A stretch of 64,000 bases of DNA. It comes from Okamejei kenojei. Taxonomy: Eukaryota. Under the pieces are notes generated by a model. It ran no database searches. It was given only the letters and a program-made list of their open reading frames with translations, and was not told where the DNA came from. Positions 52,385-63,035 of the stretch are shown here, piece after piece. Position 1 is the stretch's first letter. The number at the start of each line of letters is the position of its first letter. The position numbers and the translations under genes are program-made. The DNA lies in the NCBI GenBank assembly GCA_035221665.1, contig CM069149.1:44826001-44890000 (forward strand), read 5' to 3'.

Positions 52385-52690
52385 TTAGTTTTGGAGATAC
52401 AGTGCGGAAACAGGCTCTTCAGCCCACCGAGTCCACTCCGACCAGCAATCCCTGCACACTAACACTATACTACACACACTAGGGGCAATTTACATTAATA
52501 GCAAGTTAATTAGCCTAAAAACCTGTACGCCTTTGTAGTGTGGGAGGAAACCGGAGCGCCCAGAGAAAATCCACGCAGGACACGGGGAGAACGTACAAAC
52601 TCTGTATAGACAAGCACCCGTGGTCAGGATCGAACCCGGGTCTCTGTCACTGTAAGGCAGCAACTCTACCGCTGCGCCACCATGCCACCC
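52385..52690 (-). mobile_element. HE1-type SINE, full length, about 80 nt upstream of the last ERC1 exon
   Basis: Tail, V-domain, ggtcaggatcgaacccggg B box and head all present. Confidence 0.9.
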
Positions 52691-52771
52691 TCCAGTCTTC
52701 TCACAGCCTTCTAACTTTATTTAGTAGCCTGCAAAATGGATAAATCTGTTGTGTCAACTTTTGTTTTGCAG

Positions 52772-52909
52772 CTGAACGCTGAGCTTGAACAGTGTGAGAA
52801 AGAAAGTTCACAACTTCAGGACTACGCCAACACCATCCTCCAGCAGATTGCCGACCACTGCCCTGACATCCTTGAACTGGTAGTCAATGCCTTGGAAGAA
52901 TCTTCGTGA
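52772..52909 (+). CDS. ERC1: Terminal coding exon of ERC1 (FIP-RBD-like C-terminus) with stop codon
   Basis: ttttgttttgcag acceptor. Phase-0 frame LNAELEQCEKESSQLQDYANTILQQIADHCPDILELVVNALEESS*, TGA at 52907-52909. Matches the recalled ERC1 end (LQEFANAILQQIADHCPDILEQVVNALEESS) and is in frame with the 26368-26559 exon across a 26.2 kb intron. Confidence 0.93.
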   Translation: MNAELEQCEKESSQLQDYANTILQQIADHCPDILELVVNALEESS

Positions 52910-53032
52910 GTCCCCGTGATTGGACATCAGTGCTGAGCTAAGAAAGAAAAATGTTGCTGTCGGTTTTTTAGAATTTGTATTTTTTTCTTTAAAATTTCTT
53001 ACGGTCACGTGACATTGATCACACTTACTGCA

Positions 53033-53038
53033 AATAAA
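53033..53038 (+). terminator. Candidate proximal polyadenylation signal
   Basis: First AATAAA after the stop codon, about 120 nt downstream. Confidence 0.35.
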
Positions 53039-55191
53039 TGTTCTATGCAAATTTTGATAAAAACAAAAGGCAAGGCACCAAGTTACAGCTGTTTCTGTTG
53101 TGCCCTTTAGATCCTAAAATAACTGTAAACCCCCTTAGTGTTAAATCCACAAAGGGGTGTGAGGATATGGAATTTCATAACTCTCTTACAATTGCTTGAG
53201 TTTTGTATTATTACTACTAAGTTCTCTGTCTTAGGCACACGAACTGCAATTATTCCAATGACACTTACATTGGCTCATTGTTACAGTAGCCCTCTGGAAA
53301 ATGGACGTGTTCCATTCTATATCTTATCGCACATGGTTCTCCATGGTTTCTGGCTTTAGTTTAAAAAAGTGCAAAGAAACAGAACAAAAGGACCCAATGG
53401 GTCTTGTTATATAGCAGTGATTCGATGACTTGCTCAGACTAACAGTGATCTACAGTTTCATACTTAATATCAAAAATGCTGTCCAATTCTGTGGAGCAGT
53501 GATTAAAACAGACTATTAATCTTTTCAAATGGTGTGCCTGAGCTGGATTCCCAAGAGAACAGATTATTCTTTCTTATTTTTACTGGGTTCCTCAAAGGGC
53601 CTTGATACTTGAAAATATTTCATGTCATTTATTTTAGGTTCTAAAGGGTTGTCGCAATGCACTAACAGAATCTTCCAGGCCCACTCCAGCTCTGGGTGGT
53701 ATCAGCACTGTTAATTCCTATGGTGCATAAGTACAGCAAACTACGGCTATACATTCTAAAGTAAAATTGTTGTTTAGCAACGACATGGAACCTCCATTCT
53801 CTGCCACAGAGTGCAATGGAAATTGGCAGACAAGCGAAAACCACCAAATTTTGGCTTTAGCCGTATAATGTGAAAACACATTCAGGCTGAGGCATAAAGA
53901 CAGCACATATGTAAATAATATGAATTGCAAGGACTGTCTTTATGATGTGTGATTTATGCTATTCATTAGGAGAGTATATTTAGTGGGCTGCAATACAAGT
54001 TTATCTCTCCTGCAACCAATTGGGCCCTGGCAAATTCTAACACATAATTAGGAAGACAATTGTTTAATAGGAGTGTAGATAACAGAGGTCACATCGTGTG
54101 CATAAAGACACTTGTAACTTAACTCCGCACAAAGCAAATACTTAAAGCACAGCACTGCCAAAACTGTACTTGTCAGGCCATCTAAAGGAACTTTGCATTT
54201 GTGGACAACATCCCCCTCTCCAACAGTACACTCTTAAAATATTTGTCTCCTTTGCAACACTATATTGTGATTTACTAATGCAATTGATGCCACTTTTTAT
54301 TGCATGGTTTTAGTTGTTCCACAGTGCCACCAGGGCATTGAGAAGGTTGGGATTTTGAATTGTCGTAGTCTTTTAAAACTAGACAAGTGTTGTCCAAAAG
54401 AGGGCAGATCCGTCACCAATTTCTGATAAGACTCCTTTGAGAGGAATGAGCAGCAGAGGACACTGTCATTGTAGTGGAGTTCAACTAGCTGTGAATGAAA
54501 TCCATTCTGAGAAAATGCTGTGGTAATCTGCTTTGTGTTTGATCAATTTTATACATACATTATTCCAAATATTCTTGTTAGATCAATGGTCTGAATGCTG
54601 TAGAACAACATTGTGTTTTGATATTTACATTGTTACAATGACTAGGTCACTTTAATTCAATGCCTTCAACATTAAACATTCAAGCTATGTACTGGGCATT
54701 TCCTCTTCAGGTAATATTTAGTATTAATTAGTAACCCTGAAGTTTAGGTGATATGCTGTTGTTTGCTCATGTAAAAATATAGCAATTCAGAATCAGAGTC
54801 CACTGATATTAAACTCCCCAAGTGTCTGAATGAGCGACAGATGACTGACACAGCAAACAACAGTGTTTTGAATTATACTTAAGAAATAAATAGGAATAGT
54901 TTTGTGCAGAAGACAGTCGTTAAAATAGCTATTGAATCATAGTCAATTAAGTTTGAAGCTGAAATTAGAGAGTTGAAGAATTCAAACCACTAATAAGGAA
55001 TCAAAGACATAGGGTTATACTGCATGGAAAAGGAGCCCTCTGCTTCATTGAAACCATACTAACCATCAGACATCCATGAGGCAGAAGCACATTTAGTTAC
55101 ATCTGTATCAAGGCTGTTATTATCCAACATTTTATGAATGTCACTTTCAGTATTTCATTTGAACATTTCTATGCAAACAAATACTAGACTT

Positions 55192-55275
55192 GGGTCTCGG
55201 CCCGAAACGTCGCCTATCTCCTTCGCTCCTTAGATGCTGCAGCACCCGCTGAGTTTCTCCAGCTTTTTGTGTACC
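55192..55275 (+). mobile_element. Young tail-less PLE terminal repeat in the putative 3' UTR
   Basis: gggtctcggcccgaaacgtcgcctatctcc...gtgtacc. TSD ctagactt at 55184-55191 and 55276-55283. Confidence 0.8.
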
Positions 55276-55569
55276 CTAGACTTAGTCTCTGATGTTTTTG
55301 TTAACTGATCAAAATAAATTATAACATTGCTCTAAAATATGCCTATATGTCTCACAAATCCGTGTGCTAGATTTGCATTAATAATTGACTGCTAAATGAG
55401 GACTTATTTTTAAACAGTTCTAGCCACATAATAATATAAAATTCTGTAAATTGAGAAAAAATATTTCTTATTTGATCTAATTCCTGCTCAGCATATATCC
55501 ATGAACATTCTTGGGGAAAGGTGGTGCACAGTTATATACAGTTATTCAATGTGTCTAGAATTAGTATGT

Positions 55570-55835
55570 TCAGGTATATTGGATCATAGTAGAATGTACA
55601 AATACACTAAACTTTGTTCGAGTATACAGATGCACTGGATAATGGTGCGGTCTACAGATACATTGGATCATGCTGGAGTAGGCTGGACTGTGGTAGGATA
55701 GACAAATATGCTTGGCTGTAGTAGGGTGGACAGATACACTTGGCCATGGTAGGGTCTATAGACATGGATGCCCATGGCTGGTTGTACAGATATGCTGGAC
55801 TATGAAGCTCGGTTTAAGATGCACTGATACATGGA
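55570..55835 (+). repeat. Degenerate minisatellite, unit about 28 bp, roughly 9 units
   Basis: Recurring tacagatRcaYtggaYcatggtagggtc-like units. Confidence 0.6.
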
Positions 55836-56917
55836 GTGCTGCTTTCTATTACGAGATGGAATATCTGATTTATTAGCAAGAATTTTACAGCACAGATGGC
55901 ATATGACAATAGCTGATTGAGAATTAAAGCAGAAATAAAATGAAATTGCTCAGAATTTCAGTACTTCAGTAAATAACCATTTGGGTGTTACAAGGCAGTA
56001 ATTGTATTGAGCTGGGCTTTGTAACATGAGAGCAAATCTCAAATTATTTCCGAAGATCAACACATTGAACTACTGTCTAAATTCATTGCCCGGCAATATT
56101 GGTGATAGTTTTGTTTATAATGTTGACTTTGTTGTATTGAGAGTGACTGTCGGTTTTATGCCTGAACGAAAATATTAGTGGTGCTTATTTAGGAGCTAAA
56201 AGTATGCATCATTGGCTGGTGCCGCAGAATATCAGGTTTTTAGGAATGAGGAGATTACTGGGAAACAAACCAAATAATATGCTGTTGAACAAACTGTCTG
56301 CAGCTCCTTAAATGTAAAACGTAAAACACTAAGCAACAAAGTACTAGGCTGTACATAGTCTAAGGATTTAGGATTGAATTTCAGTTCCTGCTACATCTGA
56401 GGTCCTCACAACTGGGTCCAACTCAGCAACATTCTCGGCAGCTCTGAAGGATAATCAGCCAAGATTTCCACTTCTGTTTGGTATTCAATGACTGCTAATG
56501 GAAAATATAAAACGTTATACTGGTTTGGACCAGGAATCTCCTTACCCCGTGTTTGTGATGTTAGCTATACCGAGGTAAAGAGGTGTTTGGCATTTCCTTT
56601 TCCGTACAATAAAGAGAACTCTCATAAGGCTAATTTCAAAGTGATAATATTAGGATCCAGGGAAAGAACAGAAACTATTAATGTAATTGAAGCAGTCAGC
56701 TCCATTCCTGAGAGGAAATTGTACTCTATGCAATTTAATCATATAATAACTTTTTAATTAAAGCACATTTCCCTTGGAAAATATATTCATATTTTATGAC
56801 AGAAATTTTTCCTAATAACAAAAAAAACAATGATTAAGAGTTTTCAGCCACTCTGTTCTGTAATATCTGGTGAATCAATCAACATTCCTCCAGTCCCAAT
56901 ACTACACTTGCATGCAG

Positions 56918-56963
56918 CGCACACACGCACAACACACACACACACACACACACCACACACAAC
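56918..56963. repeat. Imperfect (CA)n microsatellite
   Basis: Seen directly. Confidence 0.9.
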
Positions 56964-57214
56964 GCATGCAGACTATCTGTTATGCACTGAAGTAACAGGA
57001 TGTCGTCAAGGCATTAAGTAAATATGTCACAAAGTAGCTAACATCCCTGCTGCGTGCAACACTTCCAATGTCTCAGCTGGATTGTTGCCAGAACTCCCCT
57101 CTGTGTCCTTGTTCTCTTGTATTAACGCTCTCAACAACAAAAAAATTGAACCAAGAACAAAAACTGATGATTTGTTATCACCCACTCTAGACGGCTGAGC
57201 AGGGCAATTTTTAA

Positions 57215-57328
57215 TTCTGATGAAAGGTCGTTGACAAAAAAGGTTGCTTCGCCCACAGATGCCAACTAACCAACTGAGTATCTCCAACGTTTTCTGATTT
57301 TATTTCATGTTTCCAACGTCTGGTGTTT
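57215..57328 (+). mobile_element. Old diverged PLE-type terminal repeat
   Basis: ctgatgaaaggtc...cccacagatgccaactaaccaactgagtatctccaacgttttctg. Confidence 0.5.
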
Positions 57329-57696
57329 TAGAATGACATAATTCTTTGTCATTGCCATGTGCCTCACTTTGAACAAATGGATTATAGCCAGGGTTCTCCT
57401 CAAAATTCTTTCCTTTTTCTCTTGGGCATGGATTTCATTAACTCTTCCTCCACTTCAACTTTAATTAAAAGATACGTGTCCTCCCTGGTTTACAGCAGGA
57501 TTCTGTTCCTGAGAACTGTTCATAAACCAAACATTTTGTTAGAAATGGGGTCGCAAACCTAGTCCTTGCTCTGCAGAAGATGTCGGGGAGGTGGGTCGTC
57601 CCACAGGGGGGGACATTTCAAATCTCATTTTGCCATTCTTGATATGATATGATATTAGCAATGTTAATAGGTTCCAGCTAATAATAATATTTTAAA

Positions 57697-57995
57697 AGGA
57701 CAGCACTGTGGCACAGCTGGTAGAACTGCTGCATTACACCACCAGAGACCCGGGTTGGATCCTGACTTCAAGTGCTGTCTGTGTGGAGTTTGCACATTCT
57801 CCCCGTGACCATGTGGTTTTCTTCCGGGTGCTCTGGATTTCTCCCACATCCCAAAGACATGTGGGTTTCTAGGTCGATTGGCCTCTGTAAATTGCCCCTA
57901 GTGCGTAAAGAGGGGTGGATGATAAAGTGGGATAACATCAAACTAATGGACTCGATGAGCCAAAGGACCTGTTTCCAGGTTGTGTCTTTCAACAA
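57697..57995 (+). mobile_element. HE1-type SINE
   Basis: gcactgtggcacagctggtaga...gacccgggttggatcctgac...gtgtggagtttgcacattctccccgtgacc. Confidence 0.85.
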
Positions 57996-58399
57996 TTTAA
58001 AAAAAATTGCTGTTCAATGCTATTAACAGATTTTGAAAAAGACACTGCTGCTGACCCAGATTGCGTGTCTCCCAAAGAATTCATAAAATGGACAAGAATG
58101 TGTAAACTAGAATTTATTGTTCCTGGGTTCAATGTGCTAGAGCCCTGCAGCAGCGTGTGTACCCATCCCGCCTGTCGCCCAAATGCTTGTTAAAAGGTAC
58201 AGGCTGTACATGAGTCTGGCATTCGGAAACTGGGGAGAAGCTGTACACTGCCACATCTTTCTCCAGACATTATTTCCATTGCTAAAATGCTGTTGATAAA
58301 GCCTTTATCAGTTGATATCATCTTACATCTGTCAGACCAAAGATAATACATATATAGGTGAACTAATTTGTACAGAACTAGTACCTCATGTTGGAGACC

Positions 58400-58470
58400 C
58401 AGGAAACTGCAGATGCAAACCACAAAGTGCTGGAGGAACTCAACAGCTCAGACACCATCTGCGGTGGGAA
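58400..58470 (-). mobile_element. Degenerate PLE terminal-repeat fragment
   Basis: aactgcagatgc...caaagtgctggaggaactcaacagctcagacaccatctg. Confidence 0.55.
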
Positions 58471-60432
58471 TGTAAAAGCAGTGTTTTTGACAGCTTATTA
58501 ATCTTTTAAATCAATTTCTATCAGTTAAATGTGTGTTCTACATTAATATTTTAAACATCTATTTTACCAGCAGAAAAGGCTTTTGAAACTTATGTTGGTC
58601 TCTGTGGTGGGGAGTAGTTTTGGGAAATTTTAGCCAGCTCTGGAATCTGAGAGTTTTATGTTTGTTTTGTAGGGGTGTATTGAGAAAGAGTACTTACTTG
58701 CAGTTGGGGAGTTCAGCCTGGGTGCATGAAACACCATCAATTTAAAATTGGCATAAAGAGTTTAGGAGAAATGGCCTTTTGGCAGAAATTTGTCCGACTC
58801 ACATCTTTTAAGGATAGCTGAATTTGAGTCCAAGTGGCCACTGTGTGATTTTATTTCATCCCTTGATCATAAGTTTAGGTCTGTGCAATAACTGTGCTAC
58901 TGTAGAAGGCTATTGAACCGTGATCTGAACGCTTCATCACAATTAAATATCACGAGCCAACAGGGGTCAATTCATCTCTTAGCTTTGTCAAAATCCCAAG
59001 TTATTCCTGAATTCATGGCCATTAGCTGTATATTCACCCAGGAAGTATTTGAAGCAAGTTTAAGCTTTTTTAATAGAGGAGCTTTGACACAGTTTTTCAT
59101 TTCTAGTTTATTTTCCAACAAATTGCCTTTACAATATTTTCAGTCCCGTTGTTTTATGGAATAATTACCTCAAATAGATAGGACGTGTTTAAGGATTTGT
59201 CATGTTCCCATACAGTCAAGAGAACATCTGTGGCAAGAATAATTATACAACATGGGGTTTCTAGACCAAACACTGTACTCAAATATTGTGCAACTAGAAT
59301 CTGGTCTACAAATTGTCTGAATTTACTCTTGTACTTTAGAGAACAAGTATATGCATTTTTTTCTCAATACCTCACCATAATTATTCTCTGCAGGAATCTA
59401 AGACTGCTGAGAGCAAAAAAAATTTACTGAACCAGTCAGGACACTGTGAACTCCACAGTCACAAGCTGTGTTACCGATCGTAATCAACATATATGGGCAA
59501 AGACCGTACCATAATGATGCATTATAAAATTATGATCCAAGTGGTTAGGGCAGAGTAATCTCTGATTCTCAGACACTGAATGTAGTCTCTCCCACTGACA
59601 TATTTAGGCAAAATAAAATCAAGCTGAGACATAGAAAATTGATTATTCTTTAATGATGTGGAATTTTTTGATTGATGACCACAAGAATGTTTGAGATACC
59701 CATAAAAGCCCCACCAGAATGTACATTGCTCAATTTGCAACCGCATGTGTTCAACGATGACAAATGTCTACTGGTAAAATGACAATATTCTTGACTACAT
59801 TTGATATTCTTTATGATTTATATGTACGTGACCACATAATAAATAGAATATTCAATGGTTGAGTCAAACGTCTTTAATCCACTCTTTCTGTTAACAAAGT
59901 AATTGCCTAGTCAATAAACAGCAAGCTACAGTCTGTTGTTTCACTAACAGTTTGGCCAAATGTAGTACTTATTTCGAAATTAGGTCCCATATAAATACTG
60001 GTGTAGAGTTACAGTTAAGGGCCAAATGGTAATCTGAATTCACGCACATCAGGTTCCCAAAATGAAGCTCTTGTTCAGGGTTCTGCTAAACACTTCTGCA
60101 TAATCACAAACATAAAACCTTCTCTGAACCATGCAATCAGGATGCATAATACAGCATAATAGTGATTTTTCCTTTCATTTAGAATATATTTATTCATATA
60201 ATTAAGAGAGCTCTTGCAGTTTTATTAATACAGCTGTAAGAGGTTTAACACAATATGTTAGCATTTTAGTGTTATTTTAGTAATTTAATTAGCAGTTTAA
60301 TCCATCACATATATAACCTTGTTAATTACTAGACATTAATAAATTATATAAAATATTTATTAGTTTCATTATTTTAAACTGGTTTTCTACTAAATGATGT
60401 TTTATTATTTAAAAAAAAAGATATTTACTCTA

Positions 60433-60490
60433 AATAAAGCTTAACATGAAGAATTTATTCAAATAGTCGTCAGAAACCTGGTGTGTTTGT
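60433..60490 (+). terminator. Candidate distal polyadenylation signal with downstream GU-rich element
   Basis: AATAAA at 60433-60438 after a very AU-rich stretch, with ggtgtgtttgt at 60480-60490. Confidence 0.4.
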
Positions 60491-60691
60491 AACCAGTCTG
60501 CAATGTGACTGGGCTGTTTCCAGTACATTATTTAAAAATTAAAGATTACAAAATCTTAATTTACACTCAATATATTTTGTGCTTAAAATTCTTCAGTCTT
60601 TTATACCAGATCACCCAATTTCTAGCAAAACTGAAGTTGGGTAACTAGTATAACTAGTGGATATATTTTGCCATTGAAAATTAGTAGGAAA

Positions 60692-60905
60692 GAAAGGTAG
60701 ACACAAAATGCTGGAGTAACTCAGCGGGACACACAGCATCTCTGGAGAGAAGAAATGGGTGACATTTCGAGTGGATGACAATGAATGGGTGACCCGAAAC
60801 GTCACCCATTCCTTCTCTCCAGAGATGCTGCCTGTCCCGCTGAGTTACTCCAGCATTTTGTGTCTACCTTCGATTTAAGCCAGCATCTGCAGTTCTTTCC
60901 TACAC
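60692..60905. mobile_element. PLE inverted terminal-repeat pair plus tail
   Basis: Arms about 60694-60765 and 60790-60872. TSD agtaggaaa at 60683-60691 and 60906-60914. Confidence 0.85.
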
Positions 60906-61193
60906 AGTAGGAAATAAAGTTTCCATTTGTATTTGAAATGTCAGAATCGTGAAACTAGACATCTTCACTTAATTTCTGTTTTATGATTTTTTTTTCGCTC
61001 TCATCATAGATACTCACAAAGTACCAATGCAAGACTCACTGTCCTTTTTAAATCAGTCCGATTTTAAACTCGATGCGCTTTCTGCAAAATCGCTCATTGT
61101 GAAACATGTTCCATTAAAACAAATTGAATTTATAATCTGGTAATATAATTTTTTTATTTGATGTTTCAGTGCTCTGATTACAAAATAGTTCTA

Positions 61194-61197
<4 letters not shown>

Positions 61198-61271
<74 letters not shown>
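61198..61271. repeat. Compound (TC)n(TA)n microsatellite
   Basis: Seen directly. Confidence 0.95.
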
Positions 61272-61276
<5 letters not shown>

Positions 61277-61369
61277 GTTGTAGTAAAGAAAGGATACATA
61301 TATATATTTATTAATAACTATATATAGATATATATCCTTTCTTCTGTTTTATAATCGTTTCTATTATAC

Positions 61370-61407
61370 AATATAGAAATAGAAACAATTGTTTCTATTT
61401 CTATATT
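61370..61407. repeat. Perfect 38-bp AT-rich palindrome
   Basis: aatatagaaatagaaacaa|ttgtttctatttctatatt. Confidence 0.9.
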
Positions 61408-61425
61408 TTTACATCATATTCACGT

Positions 61426-61753
61426 CTAGTTTAGAGATACAGCATGGAAATGGACCCTTCGGACCAGCAAGTCCACGTTAACCATCAGTCACACGGTCTA
61501 TTTATCCCACTTTTGCATCCATTCCCTACGCATATTACAGAGACCAATTAACCTACAGTATTACAGAGACCAATTAACCTACATACCTGCACATCCTTTG
61601 TATGAAGGGGGAAACCTTGAGCATCTGGAGGAAACTCGCACAATCACAGGTAGAACGTGTAAACTCCAGACAGAGAGCAGCTGAGGTTAGGATTGAACCA
61701 AGGTCTCTGGCGCTGTAAGGCGTAGCTCCACAAGCTGCGCCACTGTGCCACCT
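61426..61753 (-). mobile_element. HE1-type SINE with internal tandem duplication
   Basis: SINE motifs present; tattacagagaccaattaacctaca occurs twice at about 61533-61583. Confidence 0.8.
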
Positions 61754-61954
61754 CTCAGGGTGACAATTGTTTTAAAATGGGGTTAGAGAATTATGTTGTG
61801 CATTTCAAATCTGAAGATCACAACAACAGTAGTAACATTATAAGTTGCTTTGAAGGCAGCACATAATTTATCCACAGCAGGGAACCAGAACGAGAAAGTG
61901 GGATGAGTGGTCAATTAAGCTATTTTTTAAAAATGTTTTGCTAACCTCGAAAAA

Positions 61955-62240
61955 AAAAGACACAAAGTGTTAGAAAAACTCAGCGGGTCAGGTAGCTGGA
62001 CAATGGGTTAGGGCCCTTCTTCAGACTGATTGTGGTGGATGAGGTGAGGAGAAAGTGGGAAGAGAGGTGAGGGCAGGGCACAATCCGGTCAATGATAGTG
62101 AGGTGGTGGGGGGTTGATAGGAAGATGGTCGGACGAATGCCAGAAATGAAAGACAGAAGATGAGAGACAAAAGGATTGAAATGTTGCAATTTGTGACACC
62201 AGAAGATGGAAGGGGACGGAGGAGGGGAGAAATAGGTGTA
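61955..62240 (-). mobile_element. Degenerate PLE 3' end (terminal repeat plus purine-rich flank)
   Basis: gacacaaagtgttagaaaaactcagcgggtcagg...cccttcttcagactgat followed by a G/A-rich stretch, as in the 34550-34650 region reversed. Confidence 0.65.
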
Positions 62241-62799
62241 AAACCAAGGGTGCCACAGGGGAGGAAAAAGCCCCATTTATATTTTGACAACACTTTCCCA
62301 AAGCTCATAATCACAACTGTCTCTGCCAATCTAGTTGTCTGAAATCCATTACTCGATGAGCAGTCATTTTTCTCCACTTAAATTACGGAACGACCAAAAC
62401 TTTTATCTTTGTCCAGCTGCAGCCCTGGCCCCTGTACTGACCGCTCCCACCACCCTGCTGGCTCTCGTGCTGAACCACACTGTTCACTACCTCAGCATCT
62501 TTCTTGCCTTTGAGCTGCACCCACGTGGTATAATCTTGACTAAAACTGACACTCAGCCAAAGAGAACGATGCCCAGTTAGAATGTGCCTGAAACCTTAAT
62601 CATAAGTAAGTTATTAAAGAGCATTGATAGGAACAGAGGGAGGCAGTGACGTTTTGGGAGAGGGCTCCTAGAGCTTAGACAGCAAATAAAAGTCACAGAA
62701 ATACACACAGACCCTTGTGTCCACCCTGTCCATTCTGACAAGCACTCGTTTATACTTATCATGCAGTAATCTAATCCATCTTTATTATTTCCACATTGT

Positions 62800-63035
62800 C
62801 ATCAGCTATCCCCAGATTCTACCACTCACCTACACATAAGGGGCATTCTGCAGAGGCCAATTAACCTACCAACCCACACGTCTTTGGGATTTGGAGGGGA
62901 AAGCAGAGCACCTAGAGGAAACCCACAGGGAGAACATGTAAGTTCCACGCAGACAGCACCTGAGGTCAAGGTTTTGATCTTGGGGTCCCTGACACTGAGG
63001 CAGCGCTCAACAAACTGCGCCTCTCTGCCACCATG
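62800..63035 (-). mobile_element. Degenerate HE1-type SINE
   Basis: ggccaattaacctaccaacccacacgtctttggga...cagacagcacctgaggtcaag. Confidence 0.7.

Larger units (their letters stand above)
52910..60460 (+). other. ERC1: Probable ERC1 3' UTR; distal end uncertain
   Basis: Follows the stop codon and is poorer in repeats than the introns. AATAAA occurs at 53033, 54885, 59838 and 60433. Confidence 0.45.

Noticed and set aside
52808-53050. 80-aa minus-strand ORF
   Set aside because: Antisense shadow of the ERC1 terminal exon.
55570-55835. CRISPR-like repeat-spacer array
   Set aside because: Units are degenerate along their whole length with no invariant repeat, there are no cas genes, and the context is vertebrate.
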